Below are positions 1 through 11,127 of a DNA stretch of 64,000 nucleotides, in pieces. The DNA comes from Malacoraja senta. Taxonomy: Eukaryota. The stretch's first letter is position 1; each line of letters starts with the position of its first letter. The stretch is from NCBI GenBank assembly GCA_038087875.1, contig JAXLNO010000096.1:62001-126000 (forward strand), in the 5' to 3' direction. Made by a program: the position numbers and the translations under genes. Below the pieces are notes generated by a model. That model saw nothing but the letters and a program-made list of their open reading frames with translations, was not told the origin of the DNA and did no database searches.

Positions 1-1689
1 AATGATCCAGAATCAATCCAGTTCTTGTGTCCATTATTTTCAATGTTCATCAATGGTATTGACAAGGAAACAAATTTAATGTTTCTAAGTTTGATGACAT
101 GAAACTGAGAGTAAGTAGGAGAAGCAAAGAGGATGCAAAGAGGTTTCCAGGTGATGTCAGTCAGTTGAGTTACTTGCCAAATATACACAGATGCAGCAGA
201 GAGTCATAGAGCTGTAGAGCATGGAAATAGACACATCGACCCAACGCACACATGCTGACCAAGATGTCCAACTGACCCCATCACAATTGGCTGTGCCTGG
301 CCCATGTCTCTCCGAACATGCCTTTGTGCTCTCCTTACCGGAGAAAGGGGTTTTCAGCCACAGATGTAATGCAGCCAAGGCTGACCAGACTGATTCCTGG
401 AATGGCAGGACCAATGTGTAAGGAGAGGAAGAGCTGACTGAGCCAGCACTCACTGGAGTTTGGAAGACTAAAACATGACCTCTCTAAATTAAACAAAATT
501 CAAAGCAGAGCTAGACAGACTCGATACATGAAGATATTTCCAGTGACTGTAGGATCTGGAACAAGGGGTTTTGGACTCAAGATCAGGGGTGAAACATTTA
601 GGGCTGAGACATTTCTTCATTGTGAATATGGTGAGCCATTGAAATCCACCCCACAGAAAATGGTAGATGGCAGGTCACTGAATCCTGTTAAGTAGGGGAT
701 AGATCTATTTGACATAAAATGCATCAACATTTATCGGGAGAGAATTGGAATATGAGATTGTTTGGAATGATTGAACAGGCTCAACGTGACAAATAATCCA
801 CCCCTGATTCTCGTTTGCATGTTTCAATAGGTTTTGGGATGTTTTCTTTGTCCTTCACACTTCTGATGTTTATTTACACATTGTGAAATTTAGTTGAGAT
901 AAAAACAGGAAGTGAAACAACCCAGAGCTCAGAATAGACAAATCATTGTGGTTAAATTGCAAGGCAGCTCTTCATGCAGCCTTGACCATTGCTCTGAATT
1001 TTGCATCAGGTCCTGAATGCAGGGCTGCCAACTCTCACACATTGACATTTTCCTTCACCTTTCCTTGGCTAAGAGCTCCCTCTTTCCCTGAATCCCCACC
1101 CTGGTGATGGGAACCCCCTCTTTCCCTGCACCCGCACCCTGGTAATGGGAACCCCCTCTTTCCCTGCATCCCCCCCTGGTGTGAACACTTCCCTCAACAC
1201 CTTGGTCACTCTTCTCCTTCCCTGTGTATGCTCACCTCCCAAACCAGTCTCATATTTCACTCTATCCCCTTCCACCCGTATCCCTCCCTCCAGCTTTACG
1301 TTTCACTTCTCATCTGTTGCACCTTTTGTCTCCTTGTCACCCCTAGCCAATGTCACAACCCATCGCCCTCTCCCCTGTATCCACTAATCACATCACAGGC
1401 TTTATCCTGCTCTCACCTCTTTCCCACTTTCTCTGTCCGACTCCATCAGTCTGAAAGGGTCCCAACAGGAAATGACCGCATCTGTCCATTCCCTTTGTGG
1501 TCAGGTAGATGGTGCCTGATCTGCCAAGTACCTCCAGCACTTTGTTTTGGACCAAGTTACATTCCCTGGTTAAAGTAATCCTAGTTGGCTGCTGTTGCAG
1601 GGAAAGTAATTTAATGTTCACTCGACTAAGTTCATTCTGACACAGGAGGCCTGGTCTCCCAACGCAATATTCCACCACTCACCCATAGC

Positions 1690-1900
1690 CCCAACTACGC
1701 AGGCGTGGCTGACGTATTCCGGTTGTGACGCTCCTGATCTCACCCCCTCACTCCGCTCCTTGCCATTCCACCCCACGCACTCACTCCATCCCCCTCCCCG
1801 CATCCGTTCTTAGCCGCTCTCCGACAGCGCATCCATTCCGCCCATTGGGTTCCCATTGTGATGTAGAATATGCAGGCATTACTGCGCAGGCACAGCTGAC
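1690..1900. promoter_or_regulatory. CpG-rich promoter-like element (mirror copy at about 28865-29075)
   Basis: Local CpG enrichment with TGACGT (CRE-like), TTCCGG (ETS), CCGCCC (GC box), ATTGG (CCAAT) and TGCGCAGGC (NRF1-like), in a CpG-poor background. Confidence 0.45.
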
Positions 1901-2239
1901 GGGCATGGCAAGTGGAAAAGAGATATTAATGCCTAAAATGTGAATAACTCTTAAAATGCAGCAACAATTTGAACGTTAAAGATGAGATTTATTCAGTTCA
2001 ATTCTTTCTTGTTGTGTCTCTTGCTGCATTCTGGTTCTCACTGCGTCTGAATGTCTCTTTGTTGTTGATGGGAGGGGGGAAGATGCAATTTTATTACAGA
2101 CATTGAGTGGTCAAACTTTAACGATGAAAGCCTGAGAATTTGCCTCGGAAGTCATCGACAATCCAAGCAGGCGTTTAATGACAACATTCTTGGTTGATGT
2201 TCCATTCTTCAGGAAACTTTGACATTTTCCTTCACCTTT

Positions 2240-2660
2240 CCTCGGCTAACAGCTCCCTCTTTCCCTGAACCCCACCCTGGTGATGGGAACCCCCTCTTTC
2301 CCTGAACCGCCACCCTGGTGATGGGAACCCCCTCTTTCCCCGCCCACCCACCCCCACCCTGGTGATGGGAACCCCCTCTTTCCCTGCACCCCCACCCTGG
2401 TGATGGGAACCACCTCTTTCCCTGAACCCGCACCCTGGTGATGGGAACCCCCCTTTCCCTGAATTCCCACCTTGGTAATGGGAATCCCTCTTTCCCTGAA
2501 CCCGCAACCTGGTGATGGGAACCCCCTCTTTCACTGAACCCCCACCCTGGAGATGGAAACCCCGTCTTTCCCTGAACCCCCACCCTGGTGATGGGAACCT
2601 CCTCTTTCCCTGAACCCCCACCTGGTGGTGGGAACCCCCTCTTTCCCTGAACCCCCACCC
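2240..2660. repeat. ~39-bp minisatellite, about 10 copies (about 5 in the mirror copy at 28325-28510)
   Basis: Tandem unit CCCCACCCTGGTGATGGGAACCCCCTCTTTCCCTGAAC. It explains the repetitive ORFs at 2209-2783. Confidence 0.92.
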
Positions 2661-2787
2661 TCGTGTGCGTTCTTCCTCAACCACCCCGTCACTGTGCCCC
2701 TTCCCTTCCTCTGTACATTCATCTCCCATCCCCAAGTCCCATACCTCCCTCTTCCCCTTCCACCCATACCCCTCCAGCTTCACATTT

Positions 2788-4659
2788 CAACATAACAACT
2801 GACTGCAAACGTTTTTATAGATATGTGAAGAGAAAGAGATTAGTTAAAACAAATGTAGGTCCCTTGCAGTCAGAAACAGGTGAATTGAGCATGGGGAACA
2901 ACGATATGGCGGACCAATTGAATAACTACTTTGGTTCCGTCTTCACTGAGGAAGACATAAATAATCTGCCGGAAATAGCAGGGGACCGCGGGTTAAAGGA
3001 GATGGAGGAACTGAGTGAAATCCAGGTTAGTCGGGAAGTGGTGTTGGGTAAATTGAATGGATTAAAGGCCGATAAATCACCAGGGCCAGATAGGCTGCAT
3101 CCCAGAGTACTTAAGGAAGTAGCTCCAGAAATAGTGGATGCATTAATGATAATTTTTCAAAACTCTTTAGATTCTGGAGTAGTTCCGGGGGATTGGAGGG
3201 TAGCAAAGGTAACCCCACTTTTTAAGAAGGGAGGGAGAGAGAAAACGGGGAATTACAGACCAGTTAGTCTAACATCGGTAGTGGGGAAACTGCTAGAGTC
3301 AATTATTAAATATGAGATAGCAGCACATTTGGAATGTGGTGAAATCATTGGACAAAGTCAGCATGGATTTACGAAAGGTAAATCATGTCTGACGAATCTT
3401 ATAGAATTTTTCGAGGATGTAACTAGTGGAGTGGATAGGGGAGAACCAGTGGATGTGTTGTATCTGGACTTTCAGAAGGCTTTCGACAAGGTCCCACATA
3501 GGAGATTAATATACAAACTTAAAGCACACGGTATTGGGGGTGCAGTATTGATGTGGATAGAGAACTGGCTGGCAAACAGGAAGCAAAGAGTAGGAGTAAA
3601 CGGGTCCTTTTCACAATGGCAGGCAGTGACTAGTGGGGTACCGCAAGGCTCAGTGCTGGGACCCCAGCTATTTACAATTTATATTAATGAGCTAGATGAG
3701 GGAATTGAAGGCAACATCTCCAAGTTTGGGGATGACACTAAGCTGGAGGACAGTGTTAGCTGTGAGGAGGATGCTAGGAGACTGCAAGGTGACTTGGATG
3801 GGCTGGGTGAGTGGGCAAATATTTGGCAGGTGCAGTATAATGTGGATAAATGTGAGGTTATCCACTTTGGTGGCAAAAACAGGAAAGCAGACTATTATCT
3901 AAATGGTGGCCGATTAGGAAAAGGGGAGATGCAGCGAGACCTGGGTGTCATGGTACACCAGTCATTGAAAGTAGGCATGCAGGTGCAGCAGGCAGTGAAG
4001 AAAGCGAATGGTATGTTAGCTTTCATAGCAAAAGGATTTGAGTATAGGAGCAGGGAGGTTCTACTGCAGTTGTACAGGGTCTTGGTGAGACAACACCTGG
4101 AGTATTGCGTACAGTTTTGGTCTCCAAATCTGAGGAAGGACATTATAGCCATAGAGGGAGTGCAGAGAAGGTTCACCAGACCGATTCCGGGGATGTCAGG
4201 ACTTTCATATGATGAAAGACTGGATAGACTTGGCTTATACTCGCTAGAATTGAGGAGATTGAGAGGGGATCTTATAGAAACGTACAAAATTCTTATGGGG
4301 TTGGACAGGCTACTTGCAGGAAGATTGTTCCCGATGTTGGGGAAGTCCAGGACAAGGAGTCACAGCTTAAGGATAAGGGGGAAATCCTTTAAGACCGAGA
4401 TGAGGAAAACATTTTCACACAGAGAGTGGTGAATCTCTGGAACTCTCTGCCACAGAGGGTAGTTGAGGCCAGTTCATTGGCTATATTTAAGAGGGAGTTA
4501 GATGTGGCCCTTGTGGCTAAAGGGATCAGGGGGTATGGAGAGAAGGCAGGTACGGGATACTGAGTTGGATGACCAGCCATGATCATATTGAATGGCGGTG
4601 CAGGCTCGAAGGGCCGAATGGCCTGCTCCTGCACCTATTTTCTATGTATCTATGTATCT
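2788..4659 (+). mobile_element. 5'-truncated CR1 LINE (RT domain to 3' tail)
   Basis: ORF 2663..4432 contains [36 protein letters not shown] and KFGDD. It ends in a CR1 3' UTR with a (CTATGTAT)n tail. Confidence 0.95.
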
Positions 4660-5104
4660 AACCCTCTTCTCCCCTTATCTGACCCCCTTTTGTCCACTTT
4701 TCACATCTAGCCTTCGTCACCCACTCCCAATAACCTCCCTCCACTGTATCCACCTCTCAATTACAAGACTTTGACTCTCTCCACCTCTTCTACTTCATCC
4801 AACTCCATCTGTCTGAAGGGTCCCATCTCAATGTCATCGGTCCATTCACCTTGCAGTCCGGTAGTTGGTGCCTGAACTGCTGAATGCCTCCAGCACTTTG
4901 TCTTTGGGCAGAGCCATGTTCCGCGGTTAAAGTAATTACAGTTGTCACCTGTTACAGGGAACGTAGAGTTTAATATTTGTGGTATGTTAATTTGACTGTT
5001 TTGTACATCTTTGTCACCTCTATCAGGATCTGGTCTTTATGGAGATAGCATTAATGTAAGGCCCCTGTTTCAAAATCTTTCTTGGGTTTCAGTGTTGGGG
5101 GAAA

Positions 5105-6212
5105 GATTGGGCAGCACAGTGGTAGAGTTGCTGCCTCACAGCGCCAGAAACCTGGGTTCAATCCTGACAACATGTGTTGTCTGTAGAGTTTGTATGTTCT
5201 CCCTATGACCACGTGGGTTTTCTCCAGGTGTTCTGGCTTCTTCCAACACCAAAGACATTCAGATTTGTAGGTTAATTGTTTTTTAGTAAACTGTCAGAGA
5301 GAGATTAGAGAGATTCCTTTATTTGTCATTCAGACCTTTCGGTCTGAACGAAATTTCGTTGCCTGCAGTCATACATATAACAATAAATGACAAAACACAC
5401 AATAAACACAAATTAACATCCACCACAGTGAGTTCACCAGGTACCTCCTCACTGTGATGGAGGCAAAAGTCTTAAAGTCTCTGTCTCTTCCCGCTTTCTT
5501 CTCCCTCTGCGCGGAGGCGATCCAGGCTTCTGATGCTGTGGCCCCGCCGGGCGACGGTAAGCCAGTCCAGCGGCCGAATCCGTGCTCCGCGACGGGCCGG
5601 TTCAAACTCCGCGGCCCGGGGTGGTCGAAGCTGCCGAAGCTGCCGCCCTCCAGTCCAGCGGACGCAGCTGTAGTTGCGGGAGCCCCAGAAAAACAGGTCA
5701 CCAACCTGTGACCTGCGCGCTCCCGACGATGTCGTCCACTGGGCCCGCGTCGCCACCAGTGTCCTCGGTCGCCACCGCCGGAACGCCACCGCAGCCCCGA
5801 AGTTGGCCAGCCTCGCGCTGGTAAGTCCTGGCTCTGCCTCCGGAGCCTTGAGGTCGGTCCCTCGCAGTTGGAGTTGGAGGCCGGCAGCTCCGCCATTTTG
5901 GCCTCAGCGCAGACGGAGGCAGAGTAGGGGGACACGACAAGAAAAAGTCGCATTCCCCCGAAGGAAGAGACAAAAGTCATGTTTCACCCCCACCCCCCCA
6001 CCCCACACATACACAACCCAATAAACTAAAATTTAGCTGAAACAGGATAAAAGAAAACAACAAAAAAAAGTAAAAACAGACGGACTGCAGGCGAGCCGCT
6101 GCTGTACGACAGCGCCGCCACTCCGCCGTAGTGTGTAGGATGGTGCTAGTGTACGGGGTGATTGCTGGATTGTGCAGACTCGGTGGGCCAGTTTCCACAC
6201 TATCTCTAAAGT
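5105..6212 (+). mobile_element. tRNA-derived V-SINE (HE1-like), split by an 831-bp insertion
   Basis: Head GGTAGAGTTGCTGCCTCACAGCGCCAG..GGGTTCAATCCTGAC and tail TCTCTAAA. The uninterrupted mirror copy lies at about 25610-25870. Confidence 0.8.
5296..6126 (-). mobile_element. GC-rich non-autonomous retroposon with a Rex/Babar-type hairpin + AATAAA + microsatellite tail; present only in the left arm
   Basis: The mirror arm has the empty site (CTGTC|CGTAGTG, at about 25695). The minus-strand 3' end reads TTCAGACC-GAAA-GGTCTGAA-TGACAAATAAA-GGAATCTCTCT. Confidence 0.8.
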
Positions 6213-6635
6213 AAATACATTATTAATTTAAGGTTCTTTTAATTCAGGGTGCTGGAATCTTGAACACAAACAACAGAGCTGGAGGAACTAGGTGGGTCAG
6301 TCAGCATCTGTGGAGCAAATTGATAGATGTATCTGGTTGTAATCCTTCAGACTGGAGTGGGGGGGAAGCTGGGAAAGTGAGATGGGGTGAGGCGAAGCTT
6401 AGCGAGTGATGGGTGGGTAAGGTGAGGGGGTGATTGTGGAGTAAGTGACAAAGGTTGGAGATGAAGGTGATAATGTGTCAGAAGGAGAGGGGGTGTGAGG
6501 TATAAAGCTTGAGGGAGGTATATGGGTGTAATGAATGAATGAGTTTTTGGCCAAATACGTTCACATACAAGGAATTTGCCTTGGTGCTCCGCTCGCAACT
6601 GACAACATGACATAGTGACAATTAACAATGACAAA

Positions 6636-7000
6636 CTTCTTAAGGGGTTGGACAGGCTAGGTGCAGGAAGATTGTTCCCGATGTTGGGGAAGTCCAGGAC
6701 AAGGGGTCACAGCTTAAGGATAGAGGGGAAATCCTTTAGATGAGAAAAACATTTTTCACACAGAGTGGTGAATCTGTGGAATTCTCTGCCACAGAAGGTA
6801 TTTGAGGCCAGTTCATTGGCTGTATTTAAGAGGGAGTTAGATGTGGCCCTTGTGGCTAAAGGGATCAGGGGGTATGGAGAGAAGACAGGTACGGGATACT
6901 GAATTGGATGATAAGCCATGATCATATCGAATGGCGGTGCAGGCTCGAAGGGCTGAATGGCCTACTCCTGCACCTATTGTCTATGTTTCTATGTTTCTGT
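6636..7000 (+). mobile_element. CR1 3' fragment (mirror at about 24820-25180)
   Basis: Matches the 3' part of the CR1 at 2788-4659 and has a (CTATGTTT)n tail. Confidence 0.85.
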
Positions 7001-7614
7001 GACACATAAAACATTAAACATTAATTATAATGTGACAGAGAGTGGGGGTGAAGGGAGTAAAAGGGAAATGTGGGATTGAGAGGGAGATGAGCATACTGAT
7101 GGAAACTTACCCTGCACCCCCACCCTTGGTGTACACACTTCCCCAACACCTCAGTCACTGTTCCTCCCCTCTGTACGCTCATCTCTCATCCCTGAGCCTT
7201 ATATTTTCCTCCTTCCTCTTGCACCCATATACATCTCTCCAGCTTTACATTTCAATGCTCTCATCTCCTTATCTGACAACCATTGTCTCCTTTTCACCTC
7301 CAGCCTTTGTCACTTACTCCATCCATCTGCAAAACACCCCCTCACCTGTATCCACCTATCACTCGCCAGGCTTTGTCCTGCTCCCATCTCTCTCTCCCCA
7401 TTTTCTCTGCTCAACTCCATCAGTCTGAAGAAGGTTCCTAACCCAACGTGTCTGTCCATCCACTTTGTGATCAACCAGATGGTGCCAGCCCCACTGAGTA
7501 CCTCCAGCGCTGGTTAGACACTAAGAACAGTCCCTGGTTAAAACAATCCTCCAGTTTAATATTCAATGCCTTTGTTTTAAAGCAATTATAATCGACTAAT
7601 CCATCCCATCCCCG

Positions 7615-7885
7615 TAGTGTGTTTAGTTTGGAGATGCAGAGTAGAAATGGGCCCTTCGGCCCACCAAGTCCACGCCAACCAACAATCGTCCCTAACCTAC
7701 ACACTAGGGACAATGTACAGAAGCCAATTAACCCACAAATTGCATGTATGTGGAAGGAAACCAGAGCACCTGGAGAAAACCTATGTTGTCGCAGGGAGAA
7801 AATGCAAACTCGGTACAGACAACCCCAGAGGTCAGGATCTAACCGCGGTCTCTGGTCCGGTAAGGCAGCATCTCTACCGAACCGC
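7615..7885 (-). mobile_element. V-SINE (HE1-like); mirror at about 23930-24200
   Basis: Reverse complement of the SINE body with a TTTAGTTT tail. Confidence 0.7.
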
Positions 7886-9129
7886 TCTTGATGTGACTCT
7901 TGCCTGCGCTCTTCTCTCCATCTGTCCACTCACCTTTGTCATGCTGCCTGGATCTGGATGTAGTTCGCTGAAAGGCTCTAGGTAGAACATCACTCCGTCT
8001 GACCCACTCAGTACCTCCAGCACTGTTTCTCATCTAGATATTCCTTGGTTTCATAGCCATGGCTCTTCAGTCTCATTACATTTGCTAATCCGGTCCCTTC
8101 CGTTCACCCTATTGTAGTAAACTTTCCCATTGTTCTCTTGATACGCAAGTCTTCTTTAATTTGAAATACTGATTTGTTAGTTAAAGTGGTGTCTGTTCTA
8201 TTGTGGTCAGGTTTCTTCTGAAATATTGAACTGCTGCACACTCCTGTAACCTTATCCAGTCTATCTGGATTTGATCTTCATGGAGATGGTTTGAGAGTAA
8301 GCGCCATATTTCAACCGCTCTTTTGGTTTCAGTGAGGATGAATCTTTGAAAGTTTAACCATGGGTGTTCCTATTTATTTTTGGTCAAGTTTAATATAATT
8401 CAGGATGCTGGATCTTTAGCAATGAAAGCAGTGCTGAATGAACTCGATGGGTCGGGCAGCATCGGGAGGAAATGGACAGATGTGTTGGGTCAGGAACCTT
8501 CAGACTGGAGTGGGGAAGAAAGCTGGAAAAGTAAGGTGGGGCGGGCAAAGCCTGGCAAGTGATGGCAGATACAGGTGAGGGGGTGAGTGGTAGATGGGTG
8601 GAGTAAATGACAAAGACTAGAGATGAAGGTGCGTTGGATAAGTAGAGGAATGACATGTAAGCCAGAGGGAGGTGTGTGGGTGTAATGGTCCAGGAGAGGG
8701 GAAGAGGGATGAAAGAAATGTGACTCGGCAGATGGGAGATAGTGGTACTGAGAAAGGGAAACCCCCATCCTGGTGTGCACTCTTCTCCCACCACCCCAGT
8801 CACTCTGCTCCTTTCCCTTCCTTTGTACACTCTTCTCCCATCCCCAAGTCCCATACTTTCCCCTTCCACCCATACCCCTCCAGCTTTACATTTCAAACCT
8901 CTTCTGACTACATCTGACCCCCTTTTGTCTACTTTCCACATCTAACCAAATGTGAGGGTCTCAGCCTCAACCACCTCCCCCGGCAGCTCATTCTACACAC
9001 CCACCACCCTCTGTGTGGAAAAGTTGCCCCTCAGGTTGACATTCTCAATGTGAACAATTTGTGAACCAGCGAGCTGGTGTGGAATAAAAAATGGAATCAT
9101 GGATAGAAAAAAAACAAAAAAATGGGTTT

Positions 9130-9427
9130 GCATGGTGGTGCAATGGTAGAGTTGCTGCCTCACAGCGCTAGAGACCCAGGTTCCATCCTGACTACGGGTG
9201 CTGTCTGTACAGAGTTTGCACGTTCTCTCCATGACCTGCGTGGGTTTTCTCCGGGTGTCCGGTTTCATCCCACACTCCAAAGACGTGCAGGTTTGTAGAT
9301 TAATTGCCTTTGGTAATTCTGTCCCTAGTGTGTGGGATAGTACGAGTGTACAGGGTGATCACTGGTCGGTACAAACTCTGTGGGCTGAAGGGCCTGTTTC
9401 CGTGCTGTATGTCTAAACTAAACTAAA
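9130..9427 (+). mobile_element. V-SINE (HE1-like); mirror at about 22385-22690
   Basis: tRNA-like head with A/B-box-like motifs (GGTGCAATGGTAG; GGTTCCATCC), the conserved central domain and a (CTAAA)n tail. Confidence 0.85.
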
Positions 9428-9614
9428 ATATGTTTCCACTAGTGGGAGAGTCTAGGACCAGAGGGCACAGCCTCAGAATTAAAGGACATTCCTTTAGGGA
9501 GGAGATGAGGAGGAATTTATTTCGCTGGATTAACTCAGTGGGCCAGGCAGCATCTCTGGAGAAACAAGAGACTTTGGGATGGAACAAATGGGTTCTTACC
9601 CAAAATATCACATC

Positions 9615-9785
9615 AGATGGGCCTGCAGTGCAGCGGATCACCACACGGTGGGAGTGTTGGCCACAAATTGGACGGGCCTGCAGTGCAGCGGTTCACCACC
9701 ACGGTGCGAGTGTTGACCACAAATTGGACGGGCCTGCAGTGCAGCGGTTCACCACACGGTGGGAGCATTGACCACAAATTGGAGT
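9615..9785. repeat. ~55-bp tandem repeat, about 3 copies; related arrays at 18725-18870 and 21655-21828
   Basis: Unit ACGGTGGGAGTGTTGACCACAAATTGGACGGGCCTGCAGTGCAGCGGATCACCAC. Confidence 0.85.
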
Positions 9786-10177
9786 GACCTGTTATATGAA
9801 TTTTTTGTTTAAGAAGGAACTGCAGATGCTGGAAAATCGAAGGTAGACAAAAATCGAAGGTAGACCAACTCAGCGGGTGCACCAGCATCTATGGAGCGAA
9901 GGAAATAGGCAATGTTTTGGGCAGAAACCCTTCTTCAGACTGATATATGAATATACTGCACATTGGGAATGCTGTCTACAAATTAGATATAATTGTGCTC
10001 TTTACTGCAAAATGGTTCTTTATTGGTCTGTGACCTGTTTCCTTTCCCTGTAATGCACCCATTGTACAGATGCCAAAGTTTATAAAAGCCCTGAAACCAG
10101 GGAAGATTTGGGATGAAAATCAAGGAACTGCAGATGCTGGTTTACAAAAAAAAGTCATAAATTGCTGGAGTAACTCA

Positions 10178-10660
10178 AGTCAAGTCAAGTCACATTTATT
10201 TATATACACATTTAAAAAACAACTCTCGTTGGCCAAAGTGCTTTACATTTGTTATAAGAATAATATAAACAAACAAACTATATACATATACACATATAGC
10301 CCTCGCTCAGAGGACGTCAAGAAAGGCTTGGGAGTATAGATAAGTTTTTAGTCTTGACTTAAAAGAGTTGATGAAGGGGGCGGTTCTGATGGGAAAGGGG
10401 ATGCTGTTCCACAGTCTGGGGGCTGCAACCGCAAAGGCGCGGTCGCTCCTGAGCTTATGCCTAGACCGTGGGATATTCAGCAACCCCAAGTCGGCCAATC
10501 TGAGGGGCCTGGGGGTGGAGTGGTGGGTGAGAAGACATTTTATGTAGGTGGGGGCAAGCCCATTGAGGGCTTTGTAGACATGGAGGAGAATCTTGAAGTT
10601 TATACGGAACTGCACAGGGAGCCAGTGGAGAGAGGTCAGGATCGGGGTGATGTGGTCCCC
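10178..10660 (-). mobile_element. L2-clade LINE 3' fragment at the inner edge of the left arm
   Basis: ORF 10307..10615- reads FRINFKILLHVYKALNGLAP..RAFAVAAPRLWNSIP..FKSRLKT, an L2-type C-terminus, followed by a (TTGAC)n tail. Confidence 0.8.
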
Positions 10661-11127
10661 AGTTTATTCCCATCTTCCATTACCCCAAATATAATCAATT
10701 CATTATTAGGTTCCATTTTTATCTTAAATAATTTTGTTAATATTTCAAAAATATCACTCCAAAATCTATAACGTTTTATACAGGAAACAAAAGAGTGTGT
10801 TATAGTTACGTTTTGGGTTAAACATTTATCGCAAGTGGGGGATATATTTGAATAGAATTTATTTAATCTTGTTTTTGAATAATATAATCTATATAAATTT
10901 TTAAATTGAATTAGACTGTCAAATATTTTAAGCCAGATTTTAATTGGAATTTGGATGTTGTAGAATCTTCTTTTTATTCCATACAGAGCTCTTTGAGCTT
11001 TCTCTTTTAGTGCATTCAATGCCATATTGAAGCTCCCTGATGCTGCAACAGTTAGACCAAGGTAAGTATAGCTCATAGTGTGTTCGATAATAATACCATT
11101 GAGAGTAAATTTGTATTTATTTAACAA
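10660..11127 (-). mobile_element. Fused LINE fragments (an L1/Tx1-like C-terminal CCHC region plus another non-LTR RT tail)
   Basis: ORF 10636..11127- contains YTYLGLTV..ALKEKAQRALY and CDKC...H-SFVSC..FW. Confidence 0.6.

Larger units (their letters stand above)
1..10177. repeat. Left arm of a large inverted segmental duplication (mirror of 21269-30760); continues beyond the window start
   Basis: Position 1 AATGATCCAGAATCAATCC is the reverse complement of ...GGATTGATTCTGGATCATT ending at 30760. Mirrored ORFs agree (221..421+ vs 30340..30540-; 1388..1678- vs 29089..29379+; 8390..8941- vs 22948..23427+). The inner edge ...TTGCTGGAGTAACTCA at 10177 pairs with 21269. Confidence 0.97.

Noticed and set aside
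2209..2783. Gly/Arg-rich overlapping ORFs and the non-CR1 N-terminus of ORF 2663..4432
   Set aside because: The first come from translating a minisatellite. The second is chance read-in from flanking DNA into a truncated CR1.
5369..6024. Several 80-203 aa GC-rich ORFs
   Set aside because: They lie within an arm-specific retroposon insertion and have no recognisable domains.
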